In this document: positions 1-9,989 of the stretch, one piece after another
How the letters are laid out: each line of letters opens with the position of its first letter
Numbering within the stretch: the stretch's first letter is position 1
Source of the DNA: an uncultured bacterium
GTDB lineage: Bacteria; Patescibacteriota; Microgenomatia; Levybacterales; UBA12049
Direction of reading: 5' to 3'
NCBI GenBank assembly: GCA_963826535.1
Contig: CAWGXL010000011.1
Span: 728,581-792,580, forward strand
DNA: 64,000 nt
Notes under the pieces: model-generated
What the model saw: the letters and a program-made list of their open reading frames with translations, nothing else
Told to the model about the DNA's origin: nothing
The model's database searches: none
Program-made: the position numbers and the translations under genes

Positions 1-17
1 GCTTTTCAAACATTTTC

Positions 18-548
18 TTAGAATGGGAGGGGGTAGTTGAAGATTTTTAACCAGAAGAAAGCGTACACTACAAAGAAGATAATTCCAGCGATGAAATAGA
101 GGACGCGGATAATTGGGGATGGGGATGCATTTGTTTTGACAGCTTGATTAATTGATGCGGGTGAAGGTAATGGCTGTGGTGGTTTGCTAAGTTCTGCGAC
201 CGGCTCTTGAGATACAGGACTTGGTGCGCCGGCAAGAGTTGGTTGAAGGGCTGCAAGATCGGCAGCTTGATTGGGTTGAACCGAGGTAGCCAATGCGGAC
301 GTATCAATTGCGGGTGATGAGCCGGCCGATGCAGTGGGAGAGGGTGGCGGAATGGGATTTACGGCGAACATATCTGCAGAAGGTGGAGAACCTGCTTCGC
401 TTGAGGATGCGGCGGGAGGAGGATTAGTTGTTGCAGAAGGAACTGTTGAAGTTCCCGGATTAGCCAATGCGGTTCCTTGAGTGCCCATGACTCTTTCGTA
501 CGTTTCACGTAATTTCGGATCTAAATTAGATAATGACTTCGGGTCCAT
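18..548 (-). CDS. hypothetical tail-anchored protein; Pro/Ser/Ala-rich low-complexity region plus a C-terminal TM helix
   Basis: 176-aa ORF. C-terminal hydrophobic segment IIRVLYFIAGIIFFVVYAFFWL. No catalytic motif recognised. Confidence 0.35.
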   Translation of the reverse strand: MDPKSLSNLDPKLRETYERVMGTQGTALANPGTSTVPSATTNPPPAASSSEAGSPPSADMFAVNPIPPPSPTASAGSSPAIDTSALATSVQPNQAADLAALQPTLAGAPSPVSQEPVAELSKPPQPLPSPASINQAVKTNASPSPIIRVLYFIAGIIFFVVYAFFWLKIFNYPLPF

Positions 549-617
549 AAATTGGCTTATTTAAATAATCTAGGATTTGCAGCTTTTTGTCAAGAGTCGA
601 ATCGATTGCTGTAGAAT

Positions 618-2537
618 TTGTGGTTGCAATTAATTCAGTATTATAAGTATAATAGTTTTGTTATGGTTGACAGTGGTGTAGATGGTGGACCGAGGCCGGC
701 GCCTGTTGACGTTGAGCAAAAAGAAGGAAAAGAGTTGTTAAATAAGAAACGCGTTGCACTTCAGGCAGCGTTGCTACTTGACGGATTGAAGCCTGTACAA
801 GGTGTGCCCTTGGATCTCTCATCAGTTAAACAACGAATACTGGATGAAAAAAAGCCCCCTGAGGCAACTAAAATTACTAACGGATCCAGACACGAACGGG
901 ATGAATTTTGGAAAAAAGAAATGGCAAAAGAAAAAGATAGTGAGAATAAAAAATTAGATACATTTGAAAAAAGAAGAGATAGATGGATAGAAGGTACAAA
1001 TAAATTTTTGGCTAAGTATAAAAAGGATAAGCCGGAGGATGCGGAGAAGCCTGAAGCGCTAATCTTACAAAGATTAGGGATCTCGGTTGACAAAGCGGCA
1101 GATGTGTATGAAGAGTATTTTGTTAAAAATAAGGGTGATATCGGTTATTTTGCTATGAAAGTGGCAACAGAGCTTACAGGAGACGAAATCAAAGACAATA
1201 CGGATTTGCTTACAAAAATTGGTAATTTCTATGGAAAAGACTCCTCCGAGGTCGCAACTCTTCTAAGTGAAGGAATTAAAAATGTGAAGGATAACTTCCC
1301 GGAGTTTGAAAATGAAGCAAGACTACATTTCAATGAGCAAATGGATGGACTTGATATTATTAACGGAATACATGTTCGAAGTAATGTATGGGAGAAAAAA
1401 GAAGTAGCAAGGAAGGCTTTGGAAGCAAAATTAAAAGCTGAAGCAGTAGCTGCTGCTGAAAAAAGAAGACAAGAGGAAGAGGCGGAAAGAAAAAAAAGTG
1501 AAAGTCCGGAAGCCGGAATGTATGGAGAACTAAAGAAGAAAGGTGAAGAGGCAAAAAGGTTGATATATGTAGGCGCTCAAAATAAGGACGAGGCGTATAT
1601 TAACCGATTAAAACAAGAGGTAGGTACAATACTGGAACATGGGGGAAAGTTTGATGTTGATAAATTAGAAAAGGAAATTCAAGATGCGAATATAAAACCG
1701 GTAGATCTTGATTTTAAAGGGAAGGAAAATCGTATATATAGCGGAAAAGATTTGATTACCGTTGATTTTAGGGGAGCTCCTGAAGCGTTCAAAAAAGCAT
1801 TGGAGAAGAGTAATTTTTTTGAAGAAATGGAGAGCGGCAAAAAATCAATTCGTATAATTCAATGGAGGGAGGAGAAGACTGGTTTGCTGGCTGCTGTGAA
1901 TCCTGAAGAAATTGAAATTATGAGATTACTTTTGGAGTTAAAGCGCAGATATCCGAAGAATGTTGTTTTAGAATTGGAAACTATTAAGTTAGAAAACGAT
2001 AAACCCGCAGGAGAAAGTTCCAGTGATACTACGCAAATGCCAGGCACAACCGATACTACTACAGAAGAGGTAAGACCTCCTATGGATATTGTGCCGAAAG
2101 AAGAAATTGTTGAGTTCAAAAATGGACATTTAGCTTTGCGTTTTAGAGGTGCTCCGGATACTCAACTAGATTTTACTAAATGGAAACACAAATATAATCC
2201 ATTTGATTCCTCTCTAGCAAACAGTGCCATAGTTTCTACAAAATCAGGAAAAGAATACTATATAGCTCCTGACGCGAATGGTATTTATATTGTCGATATT
2301 GCTGAGACATTGAGCAAAGGTCAGCTGGTAGCTGCTTATAATGTAGAACCTCCGCCAATAGAGTGGGGTAAGCCTTGGGATATTCCTGAATTAGGCAAAA
2401 CAGATGACGTAAAGGAGTTACTAGTGAAATATTTAGTTGTCAGTCCCGGTGCAGGGATAGGTCGTGAATTAAATATTGACGATCCGTTCGTGAATTATAA
2501 GACGCTTTTAGCTAATTACATACCTTCTGATAAATAA
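618..2537 (+). CDS. hypothetical Lys/Glu-rich protein
   Basis: Long ORF (639 aa in the track). Strongly charged K/E-rich composition. The real start may be the internal Met near 663. No motif recognised. Confidence 0.4.
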   Translation: MWLQLIQYYKYNSFVMVDSGVDGGPRPAPVDVEQKEGKELLNKKRVALQAALLLDGLKPVQGVPLDLSSVKQRILDEKKPPEATKITNGSRHERDEFWKKEMAKEKDSENKKLDTFEKRRDRWIEGTNKFLAKYKKDKPEDAEKPEALILQRLGISVDKAADVYEEYFVKNKGDIGYFAMKVATELTGDEIKDNTDLLTKIGNFYGKDSSEVATLLSEGIKNVKDNFPEFENEARLHFNEQMDGLDIINGIHVRSNVWEKKEVARKALEAKLKAEAVAAAEKRRQEEEAERKKSESPEAGMYGELKKKGEEAKRLIYVGAQNKDEAYINRLKQEVGTILEHGGKFDVDKLEKEIQDANIKPVDLDFKGKENRIYSGKDLITVDFRGAPEAFKKALEKSNFFEEMESGKKSIRIIQWREEKTGLLAAVNPEEIEIMRLLLELKRRYPKNVVLELETIKLENDKPAGESSSDTTQMPGTTDTTTEEVRPPMDIVPKEEIVEFKNGHLALRFRGAPDTQLDFTKWKHKYNPFDSSLANSAIVSTKSGKEYYIAPDANGIYIVDIAETLSKGQLVAAYNVEPPPIEWGKPWDIPELGKTDDVKELLVKYLVVSPGAGIGRELNIDDPFVNYKTLLANYIPSDK

Positions 2538-2591
2538 CGCACTTCACTCTTTTGACTTTTGAGATTGCGAAAAGGTATACTTTAACCTATT

Positions 2592-3563
2592 ATGAAATTC
2601 ATTGTAACCCACGCTTCGCCTGATTGGGATGCGATCGGGTCAGTGTGGTTGATTAAAAAATATTTGGCAGGGTGGCAGGATGCTAATGTGCAGTTTGTGC
2701 CGGCTGGGGAAAGGTTGCCAAGTTCAAAGTTCCCCACAAGGGGACTACCTTCTTCGAAGGGTCGCAAAGGTCAAAGTTCCCCACAAGGGGACTACCTTCT
2801 TAGAAGGGTCGCAAAGTTAGAAGATGTGATTGAAAAAATTAAGGAGGATGAGGTGATACATGTGGATACGGGGTTGGGGCCGCTGGATCATCATCAGACT
2901 TCGGATAGAAATGTTTGCGGGATGTCACGTACATGGGACTATGTAAGAGAGAAGCTTGAGAAAGAGGGTCATCAACTAACTAAAGAACATTTGGAGGCAG
3001 TAACGAGAATTGTGAGAGTTGTAGTTGATATTGATCATTTCGGGGAAGTATTTTGGGGTGATCCTACAGCGGATTATCATGATTTTTCGCTTTTAGGTCT
3101 TTTGGAAGGCTTGAAGTATATAAAACAGGATCAGGATATTTATTATGTTGAATTTGGAACTACTTGTCTTAATGCAATAGTTGCGGAATTTGAGAATAGA
3201 ATTTGGGCTGAGGCGGAAATAGAGAAAGGCCATAAGTTTGTCACAAGATTCGGATCGGGAATTGGTTTTGAGACAATAAATGATACGGTTTTGAAATTGG
3301 CGCAAAAAATGGGGTATGTAATCGTGGTTAGGAAAGATCCGAGAAAAGGATATGTACGGATTAAGACACTACCTGAGAAAGGGGCGAAAAAAGGTGTTGA
3401 TTTGACTCTCGCTTACGAGCAGTTGAAGAAGATTGATCCGGACGCGACATGGTTTCTGCATGTATCTAAGAAAATGCTGCTAAATGGTACACCAAAAAAT
3501 CCGAAAATGAGGCCGACAAAATTGGGATTGGGTGATATAATAAAAGTACTGGAAAGAATATAA
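2592..3563 (+). CDS. DHH-family phosphoesterase (NrnA-like), carrying an in-frame repeat insertion
   Basis: N-terminal motif THASPDWDAIGS (DHH motif I-like) and GPLDHHQ (DHH motif). The coding sequence contains a tandem 47-nt repeat at 2725-2816. Confidence 0.6.
   Translation: MKFIVTHASPDWDAIGSVWLIKKYLAGWQDANVQFVPAGERLPSSKFPTRGLPSSKGRKGQSSPQGDYLLRRVAKLEDVIEKIKEDEVIHVDTGLGPLDHHQTSDRNVCGMSRTWDYVREKLEKEGHQLTKEHLEAVTRIVRVVVDIDHFGEVFWGDPTADYHDFSLLGLLEGLKYIKQDQDIYYVEFGTTCLNAIVAEFENRIWAEAEIEKGHKFVTRFGSGIGFETINDTVLKLAQKMGYVIVVRKDPRKGYVRIKTLPEKGAKKGVDLTLAYEQLKKIDPDATWFLHVSKKMLLNGTPKNPKMRPTKLGLGDIIKVLERI
2725..2816 (+). repeat. two tandem copies of a 45-nt element, CAAAGTTCCCCACAAGGGGACTACCTTCTTCGAAGGGTCGCAAAG, inside the DHH gene
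   Basis: Direct repeat with a 47-nt period. Also present at 12811-12855, with a diverged copy near 36740-36790. Confidence 0.7.
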
Positions 3564-3718
3564 ATTACAAATCCAAAATTACAAATTCCAAAATACTCCG
3601 CCAAAGGCGGGTCAGGCTCTGGCTGAAAATATTTAAATTCAAATATCAAAACATTTTTTGGATTTAGTAATTTGAATTTTGATATTATTTGTGATTTGGT
3701 GCTTTGGATTTTGAAATT
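3564..3718. repeat. AT-rich imperfect-palindromic intergenic repeat of about 150 bp (family copy 1), with an internal CCGCCAAAGGCGG hairpin
   Basis: AAATCCAAAATTACAAATTCCAAA...TTTGATATTATTTGTGATTTGGTGCTTTGGATTTTGAA. The same family occurs at 8200-8358, 9990-10072, 21313-21445 and 26013-26140. Confidence 0.7.
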
Positions 3719-3724
3719 TTTATT

Positions 3725-4051
3725 ATGGAGTGTGTTTTTTGCAAGATTATTGGTAAAGAAATTCCGGCGAAGCTTTTGTATGAGGATGAGGATGTGATTG
3801 TTTTTCCGGATAATAATCCGGTGAAGCCGGTGCATCTTTTGATTGTACCTAAAAAGCATGTTGAAGATTTTATCATGGTGGATGATCCTGCTCTTTTTTC
3901 AAAACTTTTATTAGTAGTACAGAAAATGGTCGCCCGGGAAGGTTTGAAGGACCGGGGATTTCGAGTTGTTTTAAATGGCGGAGGGGCGCAACTTGTTCTG
4001 CATCTGCATATTCATCTCATGGGGCCAATGGGTAAAACGGCATCATTATAG
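3725..4051 (+). CDS. HIT-family (histidine triad) nucleotide hydrolase
   Basis: C-terminal HLHIHLMG histidine triad. N-terminal CVFCKII motif. Start taken at the second Met (the track ORF starts at 3704). Confidence 0.75.
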   Translation: MECVFCKIIGKEIPAKLLYEDEDVIVFPDNNPVKPVHLLIVPKKHVEDFIMVDDPALFSKLLLVVQKMVAREGLKDRGFRVVLNGGGAQLVLHLHIHLMGPMGKTASL

Positions 4052-4069
4052 AAAAGGTTTCAAAGAATT

Positions 4070-6100
4070 TTATCTTCTGCGTCTAAAAAGGCGCTTAAAG
4101 AGTCCAAATTTTGTAGTATCTTTTGGGAGAGCGAAATAAAATTCATCCCAGGGATTACAAGTGCGGTCCGGATCAGCATTATGGGCGTCCAAATATGTCC
4201 CACCCTCATGACGTGTTAAGCGAAAAACGCTGGCAGCGATCTGTTTCATTGCTATTGAATACCATTCACCTAAAGGTTGGTCAATGTCTTTAAGCCTCTT
4301 GTGAAGTGCTACTTCCGGAGGGCAAAGCTCCAGTCCTATGTCTATTGCTCTTTGATAAAGTTGGCCGTATGTTGGTTTTCCTGTAAAATCAAGATCCTGA
4401 GTTTGTAGTCTTAGTATTTGCAATTGCTGAGGTTTTGGTGATGTAATTAAATCAGGACTATGTAGTATTTTTAGGCCATCTTTAGTGAGTTGTATACCTG
4501 CATGCTCAAATTCGTTTTCAAATTGTCTGACTGATTTACCACCGATCTCAAGAGGTTCTATTTGTTTTTTTCTTTCGGGAAATGAGGTGTAGATATATTC
4601 TAAATGTCTTAATTTCTGTGAAACCGGAATAATTTTGTCTCTATTGTCATAATTAACCAATTTGCCTACATAGGCTACAGTCTTATCATTGATTTCATCC
4701 GGATTGCGCGCAATTTGTTCTCTCCCGCATCCAAAGACAATCGGTATATCCTCATCGGGGTTTCTTGTTTTACGTAATTCCGCAATGCGCGGGTCGCTTT
4801 CGTCATTAAAACCAAACCCTTCAATAGGAGCATTGATTTCATAGAGAAAAGTAAGGTCGTCTTTGTTAAGTGACTGCGCGGGTTCTTCCTGCTCTTTTTT
4901 TGTTCTTCGCCTTGAAGGGTTTATTTTGTGATCAATAGCGGTAAGACGAAACATATTCTCTGATTTCTTTTTGAACCTTTTCCCATCAGGATGCTCATTT
5001 AGCTTCGCTTCCGCTACTTTGCCTATGTATGGATCGAGATTCTCGCCCTCAGCCACGCCGCGCATTTCATCAATTTTATTATCAGGATTTACGACCATAC
5101 ACAAGCGGGGAATAGTCGGTTCGCCAGACTTGTCCAAGGAGTAATAGATATGTAGATCGTTGGCAAAAAATCCTTCTCCGCCCTTAAGATATAGTTCGGC
5201 CATAGAAACTCCCCGCAGACACCAACCTGTGCCGTATTCGGAAATAGAATCAACAAGGGGTTGCGGATCAGATCCCCTTGGGAAAGGTCTCCATTTCCCC
5301 TCGGTAATTTTAAGTAATTCTTCCGGAATTGGTTTAAATTCTTCCAGGGCTAAAGCGTAAAGTTTGGCAAAATTCTTTTTTTCCAGAGAGTCCCGATATC
5401 TCAGTTTGGATTGCGAGTTGATTTCGTGTTTCTTGGTGAATTGAAGCTCGCGGCTTTGATCTTCGATCTTAGGAACTGTAGTGTATTGTGTTTCAATATC
5501 CTCGAGCAATATAGTCAATGCTTCGTGGTTAAGATCAGGAAAAGGAGCAATAGTTCCGCCGGTTCTTTCTGTAAAAGATTTTTTTTCTTTGTCAAACCTG
5601 CCCATATGCAGGATGCTTCGAAAAACGAAATACTTAATCCAGTCAGGGTATTTCTTTGCTTCGTTGGAAGTGAGAAAATTGACCCATTTGTCCAGGGATT
5701 TTTGTTGATCTTTGATGATAGTTTCCGTAAGTGTATTTCTAATGCTCTCCGGTAATTCAATATTTCCGCGTCCTTCATCTCGATGCCTGCGTTTTATAGA
5801 TTCAAAATGTGCATCAGGTACGTCTTGTTCCTTTATAACAACTTCCGAGTGGAGTTCTCTTTTCAACATCCTAAGATTTCTTTGCTTTCTGTCAAAATTA
5901 GGATGACCGTCAAGTACAGGAGGGTTTAGAATGTTATCCAGCCTGTCAAGATAATTTTGGATGCGGGAAGAATAATCATTTTGAGGAATTATTTCGCCTG
6001 TCAGTTGTTCCCGGCGTTTTGTTGCAGCTTCCACACCAGGGTCTCTATTGAGTTGAAATTTCGTTTGGAGAAAATCTGCTCCGGTATTTGCTTCACTCAT
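4070..6100 (-). CDS. hypothetical protein (676 aa)
   Basis: Long uninterrupted ORF with typical coding composition. No motif recognised. Confidence 0.45.
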   Translation of the reverse strand: MSEANTGADFLQTKFQLNRDPGVEAATKRREQLTGEIIPQNDYSSRIQNYLDRLDNILNPPVLDGHPNFDRKQRNLRMLKRELHSEVVIKEQDVPDAHFESIKRRHRDEGRGNIELPESIRNTLTETIIKDQQKSLDKWVNFLTSNEAKKYPDWIKYFVFRSILHMGRFDKEKKSFTERTGGTIAPFPDLNHEALTILLEDIETQYTTVPKIEDQSRELQFTKKHEINSQSKLRYRDSLEKKNFAKLYALALEEFKPIPEELLKITEGKWRPFPRGSDPQPLVDSISEYGTGWCLRGVSMAELYLKGGEGFFANDLHIYYSLDKSGEPTIPRLCMVVNPDNKIDEMRGVAEGENLDPYIGKVAEAKLNEHPDGKRFKKKSENMFRLTAIDHKINPSRRRTKKEQEEPAQSLNKDDLTFLYEINAPIEGFGFNDESDPRIAELRKTRNPDEDIPIVFGCGREQIARNPDEINDKTVAYVGKLVNYDNRDKIIPVSQKLRHLEYIYTSFPERKKQIEPLEIGGKSVRQFENEFEHAGIQLTKDGLKILHSPDLITSPKPQQLQILRLQTQDLDFTGKPTYGQLYQRAIDIGLELCPPEVALHKRLKDIDQPLGEWYSIAMKQIAASVFRLTRHEGGTYLDAHNADPDRTCNPWDEFYFALPKDTTKFGLFKRLFRRRR

Positions 6101-6200
6101 TGTTCTTTATAATTATAACTTAGTCAAGTTAGGGGGTAAATACTTGCATATGGTAATTATTATTAGTTGTGGTTTTTAGCTATAAATCCCGGATTAGGGT

Positions 6201-6238
6201 TTGACACTCAATTTATAGTTGTGATATAAAGCAAATCA
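6201..6238 (+). promoter_or_regulatory. near-consensus promoter TTGACA-N18-TATAAA with an extended -10 TG and a conserved short 5' UTR
   Basis: TTGACACTCAATTTATAGTTGTGATATAAAGCAAATCAATGG. A near-identical block occurs at 54756-54795. Confidence 0.55.
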
Positions 6239-7240
6239 ATGGCGGCGAGATTTGAAGAAATTTGTAAGTATCAACAGCAAGCAGCAGAAGGGGATAATGA
6301 TCTTGCAAGGGTTGCTTCACTTAAGAGTCTTGGATTACATATCGATTACCTCAGAGAAAGAGGACATCTTACGGAGGAAGTGCCTGCGGATTTAGTTCAG
6401 GAAAGGGTTACCGTTTTTACCTCCGAATTAATATCGCCTCATAAATTCAAACCTGTAGAGATTGAACTTCTTAATACTTCACAACTTGTTGAAAGAGCGC
6501 ATGAAGAAGCTAAAGCTTATTTAGATTTTGATATTCCTATCCCTAAGCCCTCTGAATTATTTATAGAAACTATGAAAAAAGCTGAAGGTGAAGGAATAGG
6601 AATTTTTCATCCGTTTCATTTCTTTTCGATAACTCTTTCGCAAGACGCAAATTACCCAGGTTTTGTGAGACGACCCAGTGATTGGCTATATGCTCAGATT
6701 GAAGCCGGTAAGATTTCAAAATACGCTCTGGAAATTAATGATTTTTGGGGACTTTTTGATACAAGCAGAAGACCTGATTATGATAATGGTAAGCAACTAT
6801 TTATGGATGATCCACTTGACGCAATTATTAAAGAAGGAAGAAAAAGTGGGCAGATCAAGGTTCCACCTCACCTAAGGCATGTGCCAATAGATTCACGTTT
6901 TGGTGTTTCTATAAAAGAGCAGGATAGGGTAGTTTTTCCAGAGTTGGGTAGAAAATTGAAGCTCACTGAGCATATGGCATCCGGCATTGCTGTAATACAA
7001 AGGCCAACATTAGCAGAGATTATCCATGCGGGCAATATCCGTTACCCACATTTGGGAGGACCAGACACATGGGAAAGTTTTGAAGATAAAATAGGGGATG
7101 GCAGACGGTTAGTTGGTGGGTACCGAGGTCTGGCGAATATTGTTTCACGGCATTATGATGATCACGATGACCGAGTTGCTTTCCGTCCACTGGTTATCCC
7201 CTCTATGAGCATGCAAGCTAGGCCTTTTTTCCCTAAGTAA
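6239..7240 (+). CDS. hypothetical protein
   Basis: 333-aa ORF. Preceded by a near-consensus TTGACA / TGnTATAAA promoter block that recurs upstream of the ORF at 54796. Confidence 0.45.
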   Translation: MAARFEEICKYQQQAAEGDNDLARVASLKSLGLHIDYLRERGHLTEEVPADLVQERVTVFTSELISPHKFKPVEIELLNTSQLVERAHEEAKAYLDFDIPIPKPSELFIETMKKAEGEGIGIFHPFHFFSITLSQDANYPGFVRRPSDWLYAQIEAGKISKYALEINDFWGLFDTSRRPDYDNGKQLFMDDPLDAIIKEGRKSGQIKVPPHLRHVPIDSRFGVSIKEQDRVVFPELGRKLKLTEHMASGIAVIQRPTLAEIIHAGNIRYPHLGGPDTWESFEDKIGDGRRLVGGYRGLANIVSRHYDDHDDRVAFRPLVIPSMSMQARPFFPK

Positions 7241-7495
7241 TACCACTTAGTATTTATTTCTATAGGTTGTGGGTTTACAGAAATTTGATTTTGGAGTACA
7301 ATTAGAAAAGTGAATTGTCCTCCTGAACTTACCATTCGGCTTTTCACTTCGGTTTAACCGGAGTTTAGAACTATTCCCGCCAAAAGCGGGCAGGTATTCA
7401 CGCCTCATGGAATATTTTTTAGGAGGATTCTGAAACTTTACAACTCACTCGCTGAGCGGGTTCTATAAGAGTTTCAAGAAAAGGAGGTGTTTTTT

Positions 7496-7687
7496 ATGGT
7501 ACATGTTATGAAAATGCGGGGGCAATCCGATGATCAGCTTATCCGTAATTTTTCTAAAAAAGTCATGGATGCCGGAATAATTCAGGAAGCTAAACGGCGG
7601 AAGTTTTATCTTAAACCCTCGCTAGCAAAAAAGTTGAAGAAGAAATTGAAGCAGGAAGAAGCTGCTCGTTTGAAGATGTATAGTTAA
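7496..7687 (+). CDS. rpsU: 30S ribosomal protein S21
   Basis: Small basic protein (VHVMKMRGQSDDQLIRNFSKKV... KKLKKK) resembling S21. AGGAGG sits 7 nt upstream of the ATG at 7496 (the track uses GTG at 7487). Confidence 0.7.
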   Translation: MVHVMKMRGQSDDQLIRNFSKKVMDAGIIQEAKRRKFYLKPSLAKKLKKKLKQEEAARLKMYS

Positions 7688-7746
7688 AAGTTGTGTTAGA
7701 TAGTGGCAGGGTTTGCTTCGCCATTCGCTACGCTCATGGTCTCGCA

Positions 7747-8199
7747 ATGACAACAAATGTTGAAGTTCTTATTTTTGTAGAAAGCAGGTATAGGGTTGAC
7801 CGAAAGCGGATTAAATCTACCGTGTTTTCCGTACTAGAAGAACAAAAAATTTATAGCCCCCTGGAGGTTTCCGTCGCTATTGTCGGCGACCGGAAAATGA
7901 AAGCGCTTAATAAAAAATACCGACAAAAGGAGACAACTACCAATGTTTTATCTTTCTCACTTGCAGAAGGACAAAATACTTATCTGCCTCGTCGGCAGAC
8001 AGGTCTGCCAGCCGGGAAGACAGGCCTGCCGACCGGGCAGGGAGGCGTTCCGAATGATATATTGCGTTTGGGGGATGTGGTTGTTTCATACCCTCAGGTT
8101 ATTCGTGAGGCTTCTGCCAGTGAAGTATTAGTTGATGATAGAATAGAGGAGTTGATCAGACATGGGATGCTGCATTTATTAGGAATGCACCATGAATAA
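7747..8199 (+). CDS. ybeY: rRNA maturation endoribonuclease YbeY
   Basis: C-terminal HGMLHLLGMHHE zinc-binding motif typical of YbeY. Contains an in-frame tandem 21-nt insert (GLPAGKTGLPTGQ). Start chosen at an internal Met (track start 7693). Confidence 0.75.
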   Translation: MTTNVEVLIFVESRYRVDRKRIKSTVFSVLEEQKIYSPLEVSVAIVGDRKMKALNKKYRQKETTTNVLSFSLAEGQNTYLPRRQTGLPAGKTGLPTGQGGVPNDILRLGDVVVSYPQVIREASASEVLVDDRIEELIRHGMLHLLGMHHE

Positions 8200-8358
8200 A
8201 AAATCCAAAATTCAAAATTACAAATTCCAAATAAATACTCCGCCAAAGGCGGATCAGCATCTGGCTGAAAATATTTAAATTCAAATATCAAAAACAAGTT
8301 CTGGATTTAATTATTTGAATTTTGATATTATTTGTGATTTGGTGCTTTGGATTTTGAA
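8200..8358. repeat. AT-rich palindromic intergenic repeat (copy 2)
   Basis: Near-identical 3' half ...TTTGATATTATTTGTGATTTGGTGCTTTGGATTTTGAATTT. Ends about 18 nt before the dnaX ATG. Confidence 0.7.
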
Positions 8359-8375
8359 TTTAAAGTGGAGCGCTT

Positions 8376-9980
8376 ATGGTTTTCTATCGTAAATATCGTT
8401 CGCAGAAAATTGATGAATTAGATAGTACTCATGTAAGGCAATCAATTTTGTCTATATTGTCTAAAGAGCCACCGCATGCATTTCTATTTACCGGACCAAA
8501 GGGGTTGGGGAAGACATCGGCAGCAAGGATTGTCGCTAAGGCGGTTAATTGTGAGAAGAAGAAGCAAGAAGCAGGAAGCAAGAATCAAGGGGAGAAAAAG
8601 TCTAAAGAATCGAATAAGATTGAGCCTTGCAATAAGTGTGAACAGTGCGTGTCTATAACTAATGGTATGAATATGGATGTGATGGAGATTGATGCTGCGT
8701 CGAATCGGGGAATAGATGAAATACGAGATTTGCGGGAGAAAATTTGGCTTGCTCCGCTTTCCGCAAGCAAAAAAGTATATATTATAGATGAAGTTCACAT
8801 GTTGACAACTGAAGCATTTAACGCACTGCTCAAGACAATTGAAGAACCACCTGATCACGCAATGTTTGTTTTGTGTACGACTGAGCCACAGAAGGTACCT
8901 GCGACAATTATTTCAAGGTGTTTTCATGTTCAATTCAATTTGGCAACAGAGGATGAAATTGTCCGTTCGATTAAACGGATTGTAATTGGAGAAAAAATGT
9001 CAATCGATGATGATGTACTTCCTCTAATCGCTCAAAGGTCTGAAGGGGGATTCCGTGATGCGGCAAAAATTTTGGAAGAGTTGTCTTTAAAATCTAACGA
9101 AAAGAAGATCACAAAGGAGTCATTTGAAAAATTATATAAGACTTCAACAATTCTTCTAAAGGTTATGGATTTTTTGGCTGCATTAAAAGCCAGAGATACA
9201 AAGTCGGGTTTGCAGGTAGTTACGGAATTAGTAAATGAAGGGGTAGATTTAAAATTTTTTATAGCGGAGACATTAATGGATTTACATAAAAAACTTTTAA
9301 TAAACTTAGGAGTAGGAACTGAACAGACAAGCCAGTTGCCGGTTAATCTGCGTTTTGAAGTAAATGAAATAAAGTCACTTTCCGAGCTTTTAAATAAGGC
9401 GTATCAGGAAATGAAATTTGCGGTTTTACCACAGTTGCCCCTGGAGCTAGCAATTATAGAATTTATAGATTCTGAAAAGACCCTGCTGAGCGGGGCAAAG
9501 CAGAAAGCAGGAGATGAAGTGACAGTAGCCACGCTTCGTAAAGAGGTTGGCGGGAAACTTATGGCAAAGGCGCTTTATGGAAATGTTATTGCAAAACCGG
9601 GCAACAGTCGAAGCCCGACTTCGCAGAATGTTGCAGCTGATGATAAAAAGAAAATCTCTGAGACAGTTATTGAGCTTATGCATGTTCCTGCGAATGGAGA
9701 AGTAACTAAAGAATGGATGGATGCTTTGTGGAAAGGTATAATTGAGGAAATGAGAAAATATAATCATACTATTGCCGGAGTTCTAAGGGGTTGCAGAATC
9801 GTGAGCTATGATAACCTGCCTGCCGGCAGGCAGGGAAAATTGTTAGTGATCGGGGCAGCGTATGAATTTCATAAAGAGCGTCTTGACGATAAAAAAGCCC
9901 GTCAGTCTTTGAGAAGCGTATGTAAGATGCTTACTGGTAATGATGTGGAGATTGAGGTAAAATTAAATAATAAATCTTAA
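8376..9980 (+). CDS. dnaX: DNA polymerase III subunit gamma/tau
   Basis: Walker A GPKGLGKTS. Zinc module CNKCEQC. Sensor-like IDEVHML box. Confidence 0.85.
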   Translation: MVFYRKYRSQKIDELDSTHVRQSILSILSKEPPHAFLFTGPKGLGKTSAARIVAKAVNCEKKKQEAGSKNQGEKKSKESNKIEPCNKCEQCVSITNGMNMDVMEIDAASNRGIDEIRDLREKIWLAPLSASKKVYIIDEVHMLTTEAFNALLKTIEEPPDHAMFVLCTTEPQKVPATIISRCFHVQFNLATEDEIVRSIKRIVIGEKMSIDDDVLPLIAQRSEGGFRDAAKILEELSLKSNEKKITKESFEKLYKTSTILLKVMDFLAALKARDTKSGLQVVTELVNEGVDLKFFIAETLMDLHKKLLINLGVGTEQTSQLPVNLRFEVNEIKSLSELLNKAYQEMKFAVLPQLPLELAIIEFIDSEKTLLSGAKQKAGDEVTVATLRKEVGGKLMAKALYGNVIAKPGNSRSPTSQNVAADDKKKISETVIELMHVPANGEVTKEWMDALWKGIIEEMRKYNHTIAGVLRGCRIVSYDNLPAGRQGKLLVIGAAYEFHKERLDDKKARQSLRSVCKMLTGNDVEIEVKLNNKS

Positions 9981-9989
9981 GCGCTAATA

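Noticed and set aside
2725-2816. Possible CRISPR array (direct repeats of about 45 nt)
   Set aside because: There are only two tandem copies, with a 2-nt gap and no spacers. The repeats are embedded in an open reading frame. No cas genes are in the window.
9480-9500. GCTGAGCGGGG inside dnaX and near rpsU (7451-7462), resembling the 3' half of the attenuator terminators
   Set aside because: These are short partial matches without a U-tract or a partner stem. Probably chance or decayed fragments.
9815-9835. 12-bp perfect palindrome CCTGCCGGCAGG inside dnaX
   Set aside because: It is a single short palindrome within coding sequence, with no repeats elsewhere. Likely a coincidental or minor insertion.
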